The notes: generated from the sequence alone by a model not told the origin. A stretch of DNA of 64,000 nucleotides from an uncultured Clostridia bacterium (GCA_947625125.1 CANQNF010000007.1:14667-78666); one strand, 5' to 3'. Shown: positions 27,154 through 36,922, counted from the stretch's first letter. Translations and numbers: made by a program.

Positions 27154-27240
27154 GGGCGGAGCCCGTCCCGCTTCGCGGGACCTCGCCCCGGCTTCGCCGG
27201 GTCGAGCCCGGCCGCCTTTGGCGGCCGGGGGGCTCCGCCC
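27154..27240. repeat. GC-rich four-way-junction module, copy 1
   Basis: The closing stem GGGCGGAGCCC/GGGCTCCGCCC encloses three abutting hairpins at 27165-27181, 27182-27206 and 27207-27229. Confidence 0.75.
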
Positions 27241-27242
27241 CC

Positions 27243-27292
27243 GGATGCTGACGCATCCAGAATACAGAATTCAGAAGTCAGAATTCAGATTT
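27243..27292. repeat. Hairpin plus 5x7-bp iteron array (partial copy of the composite repeat)
   Basis: GGATGC-tgac-GCATCC (27243-27258) is followed by CAGAATA CAGAATT CAGAAGT CAGAATT CAGATTT (27258-27292). Confidence 0.75.
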
Positions 27293-27305
27293 TCAATGTG
27301 ACCCG

Positions 27306-28223
27306 TCACCCTTTCGTCTTTGTCAGCATCACGACTATGCAGCAGATTATCCCGCCTATCGGAAATACAACGTAAGTCGGCTCCCAAATATCAAAAACCA
27401 TTCCTATAAACAGGAACACCGCCGTCGCTGTCAGCATGACCGTGCCGCAGATTATCCCGCGAAGCCTTGCAAGCTTCTTTTCCCTCACGACTTCCGGCGG
27501 GTCTGATTCCTTGATACCCTGCTCAAAGTCGCGTTCGCGGTTATAATCCTTGACGTCGTACTTTGAGCGCATTATCCCGGCGTATATAAACATCCACACC
27601 GCAGCGGCTATGAGCGCCAGCATAATTGAAGTCGCTATCTCGCTCGGCAGCCACGAAATATATGACATCCCGCTGACAGTCGTAAGTAATATGCCTAAAA
27701 ATATGAGAGCTATGCCGCCGGCTATAAAATAGGGGAATACTCTTGTGTTGTATCTTTCGCACTCTTCGGGCGTATAAATTTCGGGCAGAACGGGGTTTGC
27801 GCGGGTATAGCTCTCGTTTCTCATGCCGAAGACCACAAACAGCGCGATCGCCGCGGCGATGAAAATAAACATTATCGCAGTGCCCACTTCATCAAGCCCG
27901 AAATACGCAAATAGGGTCGTCATCGCCACGCCGAATATTATAAGGAAAACTCCCGTCGCGATGCCCTTGGCCAATCCGTTGAAGTTTTTTTCATGTTTTA
28001 AGCGCACGTCCGTCTTGTCGATCTCGATCTGTCCCTTTATAAGCTCGTCCATCGTCACGCCGAATATGTCGCAGAGCTGAATAAGCTTATCCATTTCGGG
28101 ATAACCGCCGTCAGTCTCCCACTTGCTCACAGCCTGCCGCGAAACGTCGAGGCGTTCGGCGAGCTGCTCCTGAGAGATGCCTCTTGACTTTCTCAGGGTC
28201 TGCAAATTTTCGCTGAAGTTCAT
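27306..28223 (-). CDS. XRE HTH protein with a multi-pass membrane C-terminal domain
   Basis: This is Met17 of ORF 27306..28271. LRKSRGISQEQLAERLDVSRQAVSKWETDGGYPEMDKLIQLCDIFGVTMDEL is followed by about 6 TM helices. Confidence 0.75.
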   Translation of the reverse strand: MNFSENLQTLRKSRGISQEQLAERLDVSRQAVSKWETDGGYPEMDKLIQLCDIFGVTMDELIKGQIEIDKTDVRLKHEKNFNGLAKGIATGVFLIIFGVAMTTLFAYFGLDEVGTAIMFIFIAAAIALFVVFGMRNESYTRANPVLPEIYTPEECERYNTRVFPYFIAGGIALIFLGILLTTVSGMSYISWLPSEIATSIMLALIAAAVWMFIYAGIMRSKYDVKDYNRERDFEQGIKESDPPEVVREKKLARLRGIICGTVMLTATAVFLFIGMVFDIWEPTYVVFPIGGIICCIVVMLTKTKG

Positions 28224-28381
28224 AAATTCTTCTCCTTTAAAATGTTTTTGCCCTTTAGGGTATGCCGTCATTTTATCCCGAGCACCATTATATCACAACC
28301 AATTTTGGGTTGCAACTTAAATTTTCTTTGCCACATTTGGTTGCATGCCCCTAAAAACCGCCGAAAATCGGGTCTTACCGC

Positions 28382-28410
28382 TTGACTTCGGGTAATGCAT
28401 ATGTTATAAT
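28382..28410 (+). promoter_or_regulatory. Sigma-A promoter with an extended -10
   Basis: TTGACT (28382-28387), a 17-nt spacer, then TGtTATAAT (-10 at 28405-28410). Confidence 0.5.
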
Positions 28411-28657
28411 TATCCTGCCGGACGGAGAAGACACTCATAAAAATAAACGCAGCCGGCCGTCAATAAATTCATTGCGGAAGTAAGCTTTCGCATATGCCGG
28501 GGGGTCGGAACCCATCGAAAAAAACATTTCCGTTATCGACGAAAAAGGCAACGAATATGAAGCGACCTACCCGAAAAGGGCAAAAGGTCTTGTTAAAAAA
28601 GGCAGGGCGCGCTTTGTAGACGAAACCACCATCTGCCTTGCACGTCCGCCGAAATTT

Positions 28658-29350
28658 TTGGAGGATGTTAAAATGTCTGATAACAATATAAAAACCAAAG
28701 AAGCAATAAACGCAAACGTCACCGAAAAGGCAGGCAAACCCGAAACCGTTTCCGATTCAAACGCCGAGCTTAAGCTGGCAACTGCCGAATACATAATGCA
28801 GGCGGCGGCAGATAAAAACCAGTCAAATTCCGAGCCTATGCTCACCGTCGGGTACATACTCAGGCAGATCGAAAAGATCCAGCAAGACAATGAGCACATA
28901 TACAAGGCTCTTGAGACCTTGTCGGGAATAGAGTCGGGCCAAGTCCCCGGAGATGTTGCCGGCGAGGGGAAAGCAAACGGGATCGCAGACACTGTAAAGT
29001 GCCGTGAGACGACGAATCAGAAGCTTATCGCTTTTTATGAGAAGCTCTACGACGACATCAAGCAGACCCCCGCCGACCCGAACCGGCTACCGCTGATAGA
29101 TCTTATCAACGCGATAGAGCGCTGCGACGCGGGAGTAATGAACCCCGAGACCTCGAAAGAGATGAAAGGTCTGCTCATCGACAGGTTAAAATCCGACGTC
29201 GGCCAGAAAAAGACGACTAAGGAAATGGCGCTGGACCTGGTGTCGCAGGCTTTCACCCGCGACTTCAGCGACATGGACCCCGAGCAGATAGAAGCTTTCT
29301 CGGAATCCATATCTTCGGTGCTCGACGGCGTCCGCCACATCGATAACTAA
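28658..29350 (+). CDS. Hypothetical protein (the coding-like frame extends upstream to ~28499; see findings)
   Basis: A 230-aa ORF with a TTG start in the track. It is acidic and helical, and I recognise no family. Confidence 0.5.
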   Translation: MEDVKMSDNNIKTKEAINANVTEKAGKPETVSDSNAELKLATAEYIMQAAADKNQSNSEPMLTVGYILRQIEKIQQDNEHIYKALETLSGIESGQVPGDVAGEGKANGIADTVKCRETTNQKLIAFYEKLYDDIKQTPADPNRLPLIDLINAIERCDAGVMNPETSKEMKGLLIDRLKSDVGQKKTTKEMALDLVSQAFTRDFSDMDPEQIEAFSESISSVLDGVRHIDN

Positions 29351-29400
29351 AGCAACACCCCCGAGGGCAACCTCGGGGGATATTTTATGGAAATGTGAAA

Positions 29401-30462
29401 TCAGCTTTCCTCCCCCAAATCCGCTATCATCATCGCGTCGCCGAACGAGAAGAACCGATACCTTTCCTCTACCGCGACCCGATAGGCGTTCATCGTGTTC
29501 TCATAGCCCGCAAACGCCGAAACGAGCATGATAAGCGTGCTCTCGGGCAGGTGGAAATTCGTTATAAGCCCGTCAATTGCGCCGAATTTGTAGCCCGGGT
29601 AGATGAAAATATCCGTCGAACCTTCGTCGGCGACGATTTTCCCGTGCTTTTTGTAAACGCTTTCGAGCGTGCGGCAGGACGTCGTTCCGACCGCGATGAC
29701 CCTGCCCCCGTTCTCCTTTGTTTTGTTTATTATATCGGCAGTTTCCTGCGGCAGAACGTAAAATTCGCTGTGCATTTTATGCTCCGAAACCTTATCTTCT
29801 TTTACGGGACGAAACGTCCCGAGGCCCACATGCAGAGTCACCCGGGCTATATTTACCCCCATTTTTTTCAGCTCGTCCAGCTGTTCCAGAGTAAAATGCA
29901 GGCCCGCCGTAGGCGCGGCAGCCGAGCCCGTCTCACGCGAATAAACGGTCTGGTATCGCTCTTTATTTTCAAGCTTTTTCGTGATATAGGGCGGCAGGGG
30001 AGTCTGACCTATCTCGTCAAGTATCTGATAGAGGCTCCCGTCGCAGAAAAATCTCGCCACTCTGTTGCCGTCCTCCAAAACCTCCAGAATTTCGGCTGTC
30101 AGTTTACCGCCCCCGAAGATGAACCGGCTGCCTACCTTGGCCTTTTTACCCGGGCGGCAGAGTATCTCCCAGACGTTCTGCTCGCGCTGCTCAAGCAGCA
30201 AAAACTCGATAAAGCTGCCGTTTGACTCTCTCCCGCCGTAAATCCTCGCCGGCAGGACCCGCGAATCGTTCACGACGAGGGTATCGCCTTTTTTGAGGTA
30301 TTTGCATAAATTATAGAAGCGGTCGTGAGAAATTTCGCCGGTTTTTCTGTCTATTACCATCAGCCGCGAATGATTTCTCGGCTCTATCGGGGTCTGAGCG
30401 ATAAGCTCCTCCGGCAGCTCATAATAAAAATCCGATTTTTTAAGATCCGAAAGGTCTAACAT
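29401..30462 (-). CDS. queA: S-adenosylmethionine:tRNA ribosyltransferase-isomerase
   Basis: This is Met43 of ORF 29401..30588. It reads [25 protein letters not shown]...VLPARI...[10 protein letters not shown]. Confidence 0.9.
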   Translation of the reverse strand: MLDLSDLKKSDFYYELPEELIAQTPIEPRNHSRLMVIDRKTGEISHDRFYNLCKYLKKGDTLVVNDSRVLPARIYGGRESNGSFIEFLLLEQREQNVWEILCRPGKKAKVGSRFIFGGGKLTAEILEVLEDGNRVARFFCDGSLYQILDEIGQTPLPPYITKKLENKERYQTVYSRETGSAAAPTAGLHFTLEQLDELKKMGVNIARVTLHVGLGTFRPVKEDKVSEHKMHSEFYVLPQETADIINKTKENGGRVIAVGTTSCRTLESVYKKHGKIVADEGSTDIFIYPGYKFGAIDGLITNFHLPESTLIMLVSAFAGYENTMNAYRVAVEERYRFFSFGDAMMIADLGEES

Positions 30463-30654
30463 TTCTTTCTCCTTTTTATTTTTATATATATATTCCGCCG
30501 CAGGCGGCGTTCCGAAAAACGTTTTCCGCTCTCTGTTTTTTGCCATCAAATATTGACATTGCGCCGCGATTGTGCTATTATATTTCAATACATTATACTC
30601 TATTGCAAGGCAAATTTCAAGCCCTGAAAAATTATTTTGAGAGGATCATGCTTT

Positions 30655-31734
30655 ATGAAAAATTACAATGTCGGAGTAATAGGCGCAACCGGAATGGTCG
30701 GACAGCGCTTCGTTACCCTTTTGGCCGAGCACCCCTGGTTTCACATCAAGGTTTTGGCCGCGTCTGAGCGCTCTGCCGGAAAGACCTACCGCGAAGCAGT
30801 GGGCGCCAAGTGGGCGATGAAGACCCCGATACCCGAAAAAGTCGGCGATATGGTCGTCAAGGACGCCCTCAAGGACAAGGAGGAGATAGCGTCTTCGGTC
30901 GATTTTGTTTTCTGCGCAGTCGATATGCCGTCAGACGAGATAATCGCCCTCGAGGAGGCGTACGTCAAGCTTGAATGCCCCGTCGTTTCAAACAACAAGG
31001 AGCACCGCCACACCCCCGACGTTCCTATGATAATACCCGAGTGCAACGCCGAACACCTGGCCGCGATAGAGACCCAGCGCAAGCGCTTCGGCACCAAGAG
31101 GGGATTCATCGCCGTAAAGCCCAACTGCTCTATTCAGAGCTACGTCCCGGCTCTCCATCCCCTGAGAAAATACGGCATAAAGACCGTTCTGGCATGCAAC
31201 TACCAGGCCATTTCCGGCGCGGGCAAGACCTTTGAGACCTGGCCCGAGATGGTCGACAACCTCATCCCGTTCATAAAGGGCGAGGAGCAGAAGTCCGAAA
31301 TCGAGCCCCTTAAGATTTGGGGCGAAATGAAGGACGGCGTAATCGTTCCCGCCGAGAGCCCGCTCATCACGACCCAGTGCTTAAGGGTCCCGGTCTCTGA
31401 CGGCCACACCTCCGCCGTATTTGTAAAATTTGACAAAAAGCCCTCGAAAGAGGAGATTATAAAGGCATGGGCCGAATACAAGGGCGAGCCCCAGCTTTTG
31501 GAGCTTCCGTCGGCGCCTAAGCAGTTCCTCAACTATTTTGAGGAGGATAATCGGCCGCAGGCCAAGCTCGACCGCGACCTTGAGGGCGGAATGGCGGTTT
31601 CCATCGGCCGCTTAAGAGAGGATACTCTCTTTGATTACAAGTTCGTCTGCCTCTCCCACAACACCTTAAGAGGAGCGGCCGGCGGGGGAGTCTTAGTCGC
31701 CGAGCTTTTGGCGGCAAAGGGCTATTTTGACTGA
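30655..31734 (+). CDS. asd: Aspartate-semialdehyde dehydrogenase
   Basis: This is Met7 of ORF 30637..31734. It has VGVIGATGMVGQRF (an NAD-binding motif) and an active-site PNCSIQ. Confidence 0.9.
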   Translation: MKNYNVGVIGATGMVGQRFVTLLAEHPWFHIKVLAASERSAGKTYREAVGAKWAMKTPIPEKVGDMVVKDALKDKEEIASSVDFVFCAVDMPSDEIIALEEAYVKLECPVVSNNKEHRHTPDVPMIIPECNAEHLAAIETQRKRFGTKRGFIAVKPNCSIQSYVPALHPLRKYGIKTVLACNYQAISGAGKTFETWPEMVDNLIPFIKGEEQKSEIEPLKIWGEMKDGVIVPAESPLITTQCLRVPVSDGHTSAVFVKFDKKPSKEEIIKAWAEYKGEPQLLELPSAPKQFLNYFEEDNRPQAKLDRDLEGGMAVSIGRLREDTLFDYKFVCLSHNTLRGAAGGGVLVAELLAAKGYFD

Positions 31735-31781
31735 GCATGTAAAGCCGTACAGCTTTACAAATATTTCCGCAGGGTGATAGA

Positions 31782-32672
31782 ATGAAAGCACCGATATTTA
31801 CCGGCTCGGCAGTCGCTTTGGTGACTCCGTTCAAGTCGGACGGAAGTATAAATACAGAAAAATACCGCGAGCTTATCGATTGGCAGATTTCCGAGGGCAC
31901 CGACGCGATAGTCGCCGTCGGCACCACCGGCGAGAATGCCTCTTTGTCGGGCGAAGAGCACCGTTTGCTCATGAAAACCGCCGTAGAAGCCGCAAACAAG
32001 CGGGTTCCGGTGATATGCTCGACAGGCTCGAACGACACGGCGTACTGTATCGAGACTTCGCTTGCGGCAAAGGAATACGGTGCCGACGCGCTGCTTTTGG
32101 TCACGCCGTACTATAACAAGACCTCCCAGAGCGGCCTTATTAAGCACTACGAGACGATACTCGACAGCGTCGGCCTGCCCGCGATACTTTACCACATCCC
32201 GGGCCGCACAGGGCTATCTGTAAAGGCTGAGACCTTTGCAGAGCTTTCAAAGCATCCTCTGGTTGTCGGCCTTAAAGAGGCGAGCGGGGACGTGTCGTAT
32301 GCCGCAAAAATCATCGAAATGTGCGGCGACGACCTGCCTGTCTACAGCGGCTGCGACGACCTGACCGTGCCGCTGATGTCGATGGGCGCAAAGGGCGTGA
32401 TTTCGGTATTTGCGAACATCCTCCCAAGGCAGTCCTGCGAGATGACGCGGCTGTGCCTGAGCAACGACTTCATGTCTGCCCAAAAAATTGCACTGAAGTA
32501 TCTCGGGCTCATGAACGCGCTCTTTAAGGACGTGAACCCGGTGCCGGTCAAGGCTGCGATGAACATGATGGGGATGGATGTCGGCGACCCGAGACCCCCT
32601 TTGTTTGAAATCGAGAAGCCCGCGCTGAACGCCCTGAAAGAGGAACTTTTAAAACATTCGCTTGTAAAGTAG
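31782..32672 (+). CDS. dapA: 4-hydroxy-tetrahydrodipicolinate synthase
   Basis: GSAVALVTPF...GTTGE...YNKT...GLKEASGD, a typical DapA pattern. Confidence 0.9.
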   Translation: MKAPIFTGSAVALVTPFKSDGSINTEKYRELIDWQISEGTDAIVAVGTTGENASLSGEEHRLLMKTAVEAANKRVPVICSTGSNDTAYCIETSLAAKEYGADALLLVTPYYNKTSQSGLIKHYETILDSVGLPAILYHIPGRTGLSVKAETFAELSKHPLVVGLKEASGDVSYAAKIIEMCGDDLPVYSGCDDLTVPLMSMGAKGVISVFANILPRQSCEMTRLCLSNDFMSAQKIALKYLGLMNALFKDVNPVPVKAAMNMMGMDVGDPRPPLFEIEKPALNALKEELLKHSLVK

Positions 32673-32731
32673 CATTGCTTTACAGCACTGTCTAAGACTA
32701 AATTTTCCGACAAGAAAAGGAAGTGTCAAAA

Positions 32732-33490
32732 ATGGTCAAAATATGCTTAATAGGCTCATCCGGCAAGCTCGGGCACATGATAACTTCTGCTGTTTCGGCA
32801 AGAACGGACTGCGAAATAATAGCCGGCGTAGACCTGAATCCCGTAAAGTATTCAGACTTTACAGTATACAAAGCGCTTGCGGAAATGCCCGAAGTGCCGG
32901 ACGTCGTCATTGATTTTTCCAGCCCCCGGTCTCTCGACGAAATGCTCGCCTACTGCCAGACTAACGGCGTGCCGCTTGTGGCCGCCACGACCGGCTACAC
33001 TCCCGAGCAGGTCGAAAAAATCAAGGCCGCCTCGACGAGGATCCCCATTTTCTTCACGGCGAATATGTCCTTAGGTATTAACCTATTGTCAGAACTCGCC
33101 AAGAAAGCGGCGGCGTTTTTGGGGGACGGCTTCGATGTTGAGATTGTCGAGCGCCACCATAACCAAAAGGTCGACGCCCCAAGCGGTACGGCGCTCATGC
33201 TCGCGGATTCTATCAACGAGGCAAGAGGCGAAAGGTACAATTACGTCTACGACCGCCACAGCGTCAGAAAGAAGCGCGACCCCGATGAAATCGGCATTCA
33301 CAGCGTTAGGGGCGGCACCATAGTCGGCGACCATGAGATAATTTTTGCAGGCAGAGACGAGGTCATAACCCTAAGCCACTCTGCATATTCTAAAGAAGTT
33401 TTCGCCGTCGGAGCAGTCAACGCCGGAATTTTCCTGAAAGAAAAAGCCCCCGGACTTTACACTATGAAAGATCTTCTTGAGTCAAAATGA
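32732..33490 (+). CDS. dapB: 4-hydroxy-tetrahydrodipicolinate reductase
   Basis: It reads MVKICLIGSSGKLGHM..., ERHHNQKVDAPSGTA, IHSVRGGTIVGDHEIIF. Confidence 0.9.
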   Translation: MVKICLIGSSGKLGHMITSAVSARTDCEIIAGVDLNPVKYSDFTVYKALAEMPEVPDVVIDFSSPRSLDEMLAYCQTNGVPLVAATTGYTPEQVEKIKAASTRIPIFFTANMSLGINLLSELAKKAAAFLGDGFDVEIVERHHNQKVDAPSGTALMLADSINEARGERYNYVYDRHSVRKKRDPDEIGIHSVRGGTIVGDHEIIFAGRDEVITLSHSAYSKEVFAVGAVNAGIFLKEKAPGLYTMKDLLESK

Positions 33491-33706
33491 GCGCAAATTT
33501 TTGACGTATTATCATATTTCGGGCTTCCGGTATGATGAAAATTCAAATTAGCAGCAAAACCCCGGACGGTAAACAGCCCCGGGGATTTTTGCAAAAGCGT
33601 GGCCGAGCGGTATGATGAAAAAATTAAAAAAATTTTTTGAAAACCCCTTGCAATTTTAATTAAGATGTGATATAATATCGACTGTTGCAGTAAGCGCTAT
33701 GAACAC

Positions 33707-33798
33707 GGAGCAGTATCGAAGTGGTCATAACGAGCACGACTGGAAATCGTGTGACGGTGATGAACCGTCCGAGAGTTCGAATCTCTCCTGCTCCGCCA
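33707..33798 (+). tRNA. tRNA-Ser (anticodon GGA), CCA encoded
   Basis: Hand-folded. Acceptor GGAGCAG/CTGCTCC; anticodon stem CACGA/TCGTG with loop CTGGAAA; long variable arm TGACGGTGATGAACCGTCC; T arm GAGAG-TTCGAAT-CTCTC; discriminator G then CCA. A TTGCAA/TATAAT promoter lies just upstream. Confidence 0.9.
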
Positions 33799-33807
33799 AA
33801 AGCAAAG

Positions 33808-33830
33808 AATCCGCGCAAGCGGATTTTTTG
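33808..33830 (+). terminator. Rho-independent terminator after the tRNA-Ser gene
   Basis: AATCCGC-gcaa-GCGGATT is followed by TTTT. Confidence 0.7.
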
Positions 33831-33951
33831 CTTTTGGCGAACTACTCCGTAAGCGGATTTCAAGAAATAAATCTATATCATCGTCTCACCATGGCAATTA
33901 TTTTTTACTGCCTTTTCTTCCTATTCCCCACAAATTTTACGAGGTGACATC

Positions 33952-34722
33952 ATGAGAAAACGACTTTACGAAATTATTTCCGCCTCAAACGGCCGCGACC
34001 GGCTAAGCTCGGCTTACGACCTGTTTATGATGGCAATTATCGCCGTCAGCCTTTTGCCGCTAATTTTCAAGCAGACCAACCCCGCTTTTGAAGTTATCGA
34101 CAAGGCATGCGCGGCGATTTTTATTCTCGATTATCTTTGCAGGTGGGCGACGGCCGACTATAAATTTTCCGACAGTTATTTCCTGTCTTTCCTGAAATAC
34201 CCTTTTTCGGCGATGGCGATTATCGACATTATTTCGATTTTGCCGTCCCTTACATTTTTAAATCGGGGATTCAAGATTCTTCGCGTTTTCAGGATGTTCC
34301 GAGCGCTTAGGGTCTTTCGGTCGTTTAAATTTTTCAGATATTCAAAGAACGCGCAGATCATCTCGAATATTTTTAAGAAGCAGAAAGAGCCTTTAAGCTA
34401 TGTGCTTTTGCTTGCGATAGGTTATATTTTGGTGTCGGCGCTGATCGTTTTTAATGTTGAGCCGGAATCGTTCGGGACATTTTTTGACGCGGTGTACTGG
34501 GCGACGGTGTCTTTGACGACCATGGGATACGGCGACATCTATCCCGTGACCGAAATTGGCAGGGTAGTGACTATGGTTTCATCCGTATTCGGCATTGCAA
34601 TAGTAGCCCTTCCGGCAGGCATTATCACCGCAGGCTACATGGACGAGCTCAACAAAATCTCAGGGGAGGAGAACGGCTCGGATGATATAAAAGATGAAAA
34701 TGATACATCCGACCTAAAATAG
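33952..34722 (+). CDS. Potassium channel (voltage-gated-like ion transport family)
   Basis: It has an S4-like RVFRMFRALRVFRSFKFFR segment and the selectivity filter TTMGYGD. Confidence 0.85.
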   Translation: MRKRLYEIISASNGRDRLSSAYDLFMMAIIAVSLLPLIFKQTNPAFEVIDKACAAIFILDYLCRWATADYKFSDSYFLSFLKYPFSAMAIIDIISILPSLTFLNRGFKILRVFRMFRALRVFRSFKFFRYSKNAQIISNIFKKQKEPLSYVLLLAIGYILVSALIVFNVEPESFGTFFDAVYWATVSLTTMGYGDIYPVTEIGRVVTMVSSVFGIAIVALPAGIITAGYMDELNKISGEENGSDDIKDENDTSDLK

Positions 34723-34847
34723 TTCAAATCTGCCCCTCCCGTCAACGATCGCGATTGACATTTTAAGAGTTTTATTGTATAATATTCTCACGGCGATATG
34801 TCAATTTTTAAGGCAAATTTTGTTAATTTATGGTCAGGAGGTATAAC

Positions 34848-36830
34848 ATGAGATTTGAAAACATAAACGGCGCGCTCACCTGCCGAACCGGAGGGGAAAC
34901 CCTCAGAATCGAGCCCTGGGGCAGGGATTCTTTAAGAGTCAGAGCAACTATGCTCAACGGCTTCACCGGCAACGACTGGGCGCTCACCGAGACCCCCGAG
35001 AAAACGTCTGCGGAGATAAAAATTTCCAACGGCTCCGCGTCTGTTTCCAACGGCAGGATAACCGCCACCGTCAACTTTGCGGGAGTTATCTCTTTCTACC
35101 GCGACGAAAAGCTTATACTCAGAGAATATTTCCGCTCATACGGCGGAACGCTCTCCCGGAAGAGCAGATGCTTAAAAATAGTAAACCGCGAATGGAAAGG
35201 CGTTATCGGCGGGTCCGAGTATTCTTTGAACATGAAATTCGAGTCTAATCCCGGCGAGAAGATTTTCGGCATGGGTCAGTACCAGGACGGTTGCTTCGAT
35301 CTTAAGGGCTGCGTTTTGGAGCTTGCACAGCGCAACTCCCAGATCTCTGTGCCTTTTGCAGTGTCGTCCTTGGGATATGGATTTTTGTGGAACAATCCTG
35401 CGGTCGGGCGTGTGACATTCGGCAACAACTATACCGAGTGGATAGCCCGCGCCACCAAGGAAATGGACTATTATATCACCGTCGCAGATACCCCTAAAGC
35501 CATTCTTGATAATTATACTTCGGCAACGGGCCGCGCCGCCATGTTCCCCGAAGATCTTATGGGTCTTTGGCAGTGCAAGCTTCGCTACCGCACGCAGGAC
35601 GAGGTCCTTACCGTTGCAAGGCAGTACCAAAAAGAGGGCATAAAAATCGACCAGATCGTCATCGATTTCTTCCACTGGACCGTCCAGGGGGACTGGAAAT
35701 TTGACAAGACATACTGGCCCGACCCGAAAGCGATGGTCGACGAGCTGCACAGCATGGGAATCAAGGTCATCGTTTCGGTATGGCCGTCGGTCGACAGAAA
35801 GAGCGAGAATTTCTACCCGATGATGGAGCGGGGACTGCTCATCAAAACCGAGAGGGGAGCCGCACAGACTTACGACTACCAGGGCGACTGCGTAGAGATC
35901 GACCCGTTCAATCCCGAGACGAGAAAGTACGTCTGGGAGGTCTGCAAGAAAAATTATTACGATTTCGGCATCGACGCGTTCTGGCTTGACAACTCCGAGC
36001 CTGACTACGGCGTATATGATTTTGAGAATTACAGATACAGCGCCGGCCCGGCACTTGAGGTCAGCAATATGTATCCCCAGATGTATAGCAGGGTATTCTA
36101 TGACGAAATGAAAGACCTCGGCAAGCCCGTCGTGAATCTTCTGAGATGCGCATGGGCGGGTTCCCAGAAGTACGGCAATGTAGTCTGGTCGGGCGACGTT
36201 CCCTCGACGTTTGAGGCATTCCGCGATCAGCTGAAATGCGGTCTGAACATGGGCCTTGCGGGCATCCCCTGGTGGACTACCGATATCGGCGGATTTATGA
36301 CAGACGACGTAAACGACCCCGATTTCAGGCAGCTTCTCATCAGGTGGTATCAGTTTGCGGTCTATTCGGCGGTTCTTCGCATGCACGGCGACCGCGGACC
36401 GTACGACATCCCGCCTCTTGACGACAGGGATTGGGGCGGAGGATATCTCCACACCGGCCAGCCCAACGAGCTCTGGAGCTACGGCGAGGAAAATTACAAG
36501 ATCATGCGCCATTATTACGACATCCGCATAGAAATGCACGACTACATCAAGAAGCTTTACGAGGAAGCCCACGAAAACGGCTCTCCGCTCATCCGCACGA
36601 TGTTCTACGAATTCCCAAGCGACCCGAAGTGCTGGGATTTGAGCGACCAGTACATGTTCGGCGAGAAATATCTCGTCGCGCCGATATTTGAACTTAACAG
36701 CTTCGAGAGAGAGGTCTATCTCCCCGAGGGCTGCTGGAAGCTCACCTCCACCGGCGAAAAATTCAGCGGCGGACAGACCGTCAAAGTCGCTGCGCCCATC
36801 GAATACATGCCGGTATTCGAGAGAATCTAA
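34848..36830 (+). CDS. Glycoside hydrolase family 31 (alpha-xylosidase/alpha-glucosidase-like)
   Basis: This is Met7 of ORF 34830..36830. It has the GH31-type KIDQIVIDFFHW, IDAFWLDNSEPD and WSGDV motifs. Confidence 0.8.
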   Translation: MRFENINGALTCRTGGETLRIEPWGRDSLRVRATMLNGFTGNDWALTETPEKTSAEIKISNGSASVSNGRITATVNFAGVISFYRDEKLILREYFRSYGGTLSRKSRCLKIVNREWKGVIGGSEYSLNMKFESNPGEKIFGMGQYQDGCFDLKGCVLELAQRNSQISVPFAVSSLGYGFLWNNPAVGRVTFGNNYTEWIARATKEMDYYITVADTPKAILDNYTSATGRAAMFPEDLMGLWQCKLRYRTQDEVLTVARQYQKEGIKIDQIVIDFFHWTVQGDWKFDKTYWPDPKAMVDELHSMGIKVIVSVWPSVDRKSENFYPMMERGLLIKTERGAAQTYDYQGDCVEIDPFNPETRKYVWEVCKKNYYDFGIDAFWLDNSEPDYGVYDFENYRYSAGPALEVSNMYPQMYSRVFYDEMKDLGKPVVNLLRCAWAGSQKYGNVVWSGDVPSTFEAFRDQLKCGLNMGLAGIPWWTTDIGGFMTDDVNDPDFRQLLIRWYQFAVYSAVLRMHGDRGPYDIPPLDDRDWGGGYLHTGQPNELWSYGEENYKIMRHYYDIRIEMHDYIKKLYEEAHENGSPLIRTMFYEFPSDPKCWDLSDQYMFGEKYLVAPIFELNSFEREVYLPEGCWKLTSTGEKFSGGQTVKVAAPIEYMPVFERI

Positions 36831-36842
36831 AATTTTGCAAAG

Positions 36843-36876
36843 CCGGTCCGGGGTACGCTCCTCGGGCCGGTTTTTT
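36843..36876 (+). terminator. Rho-independent terminator of the GH31 gene
   Basis: CCGGTCCGGGG-tacgct-CCTCGGGCCGG is followed by TTTTTT. Confidence 0.75.
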
Positions 36877-36922
36877 GCGGGTCATTGCAGCCTCTGTCAG
36901 ACCTCCTGCGCGCACCGGGCTT

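Noticed and set aside
27258-27292. Heptad arrays (also at 43202-43237, 47735-47769 and 52664-52698) as mini-CRISPR arrays or coding repeats.
   Set aside because: The repeat unit is 7 bp with no spacers, each array is about 35 bp, and no cas genes are present. The arrays are intergenic and occur in both orientations.
30463-30654. A lysine (L-box) riboswitch upstream of asd-dapA-dapB.
   Set aside because: The region between the TTGACA/TATTAT promoter (about 30553-30581) and the ATG is only about 70 nt. It lacks the multi-helix L-box architecture.
33527-33621. A duplicated CGGTATGATGAAAA motif (about 33527 and about 33607) upstream of the tRNA-Ser gene.
   Set aside because: It is only about 14 nt, occurs twice, and has no associated structure or ORF. 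It is most likely a chance or local duplication, and there is too little evidence for a regulatory call.
35172-36572. A 466-aa ORF antisense to the GH31 gene. Similar long antisense ORFs occur at 29395..30225 (opposite queA), 51729..52472 (opposite yebC) and 21645..22181 (opposite DUF362).
   Set aside because: Each lies fully inside a gene that has clear family motifs on the other strand. The translations are Arg/Val/Gly/His-rich with no recognisable domains. This is the typical stop-codon-poor antisense frame of GC-rich coding DNA.
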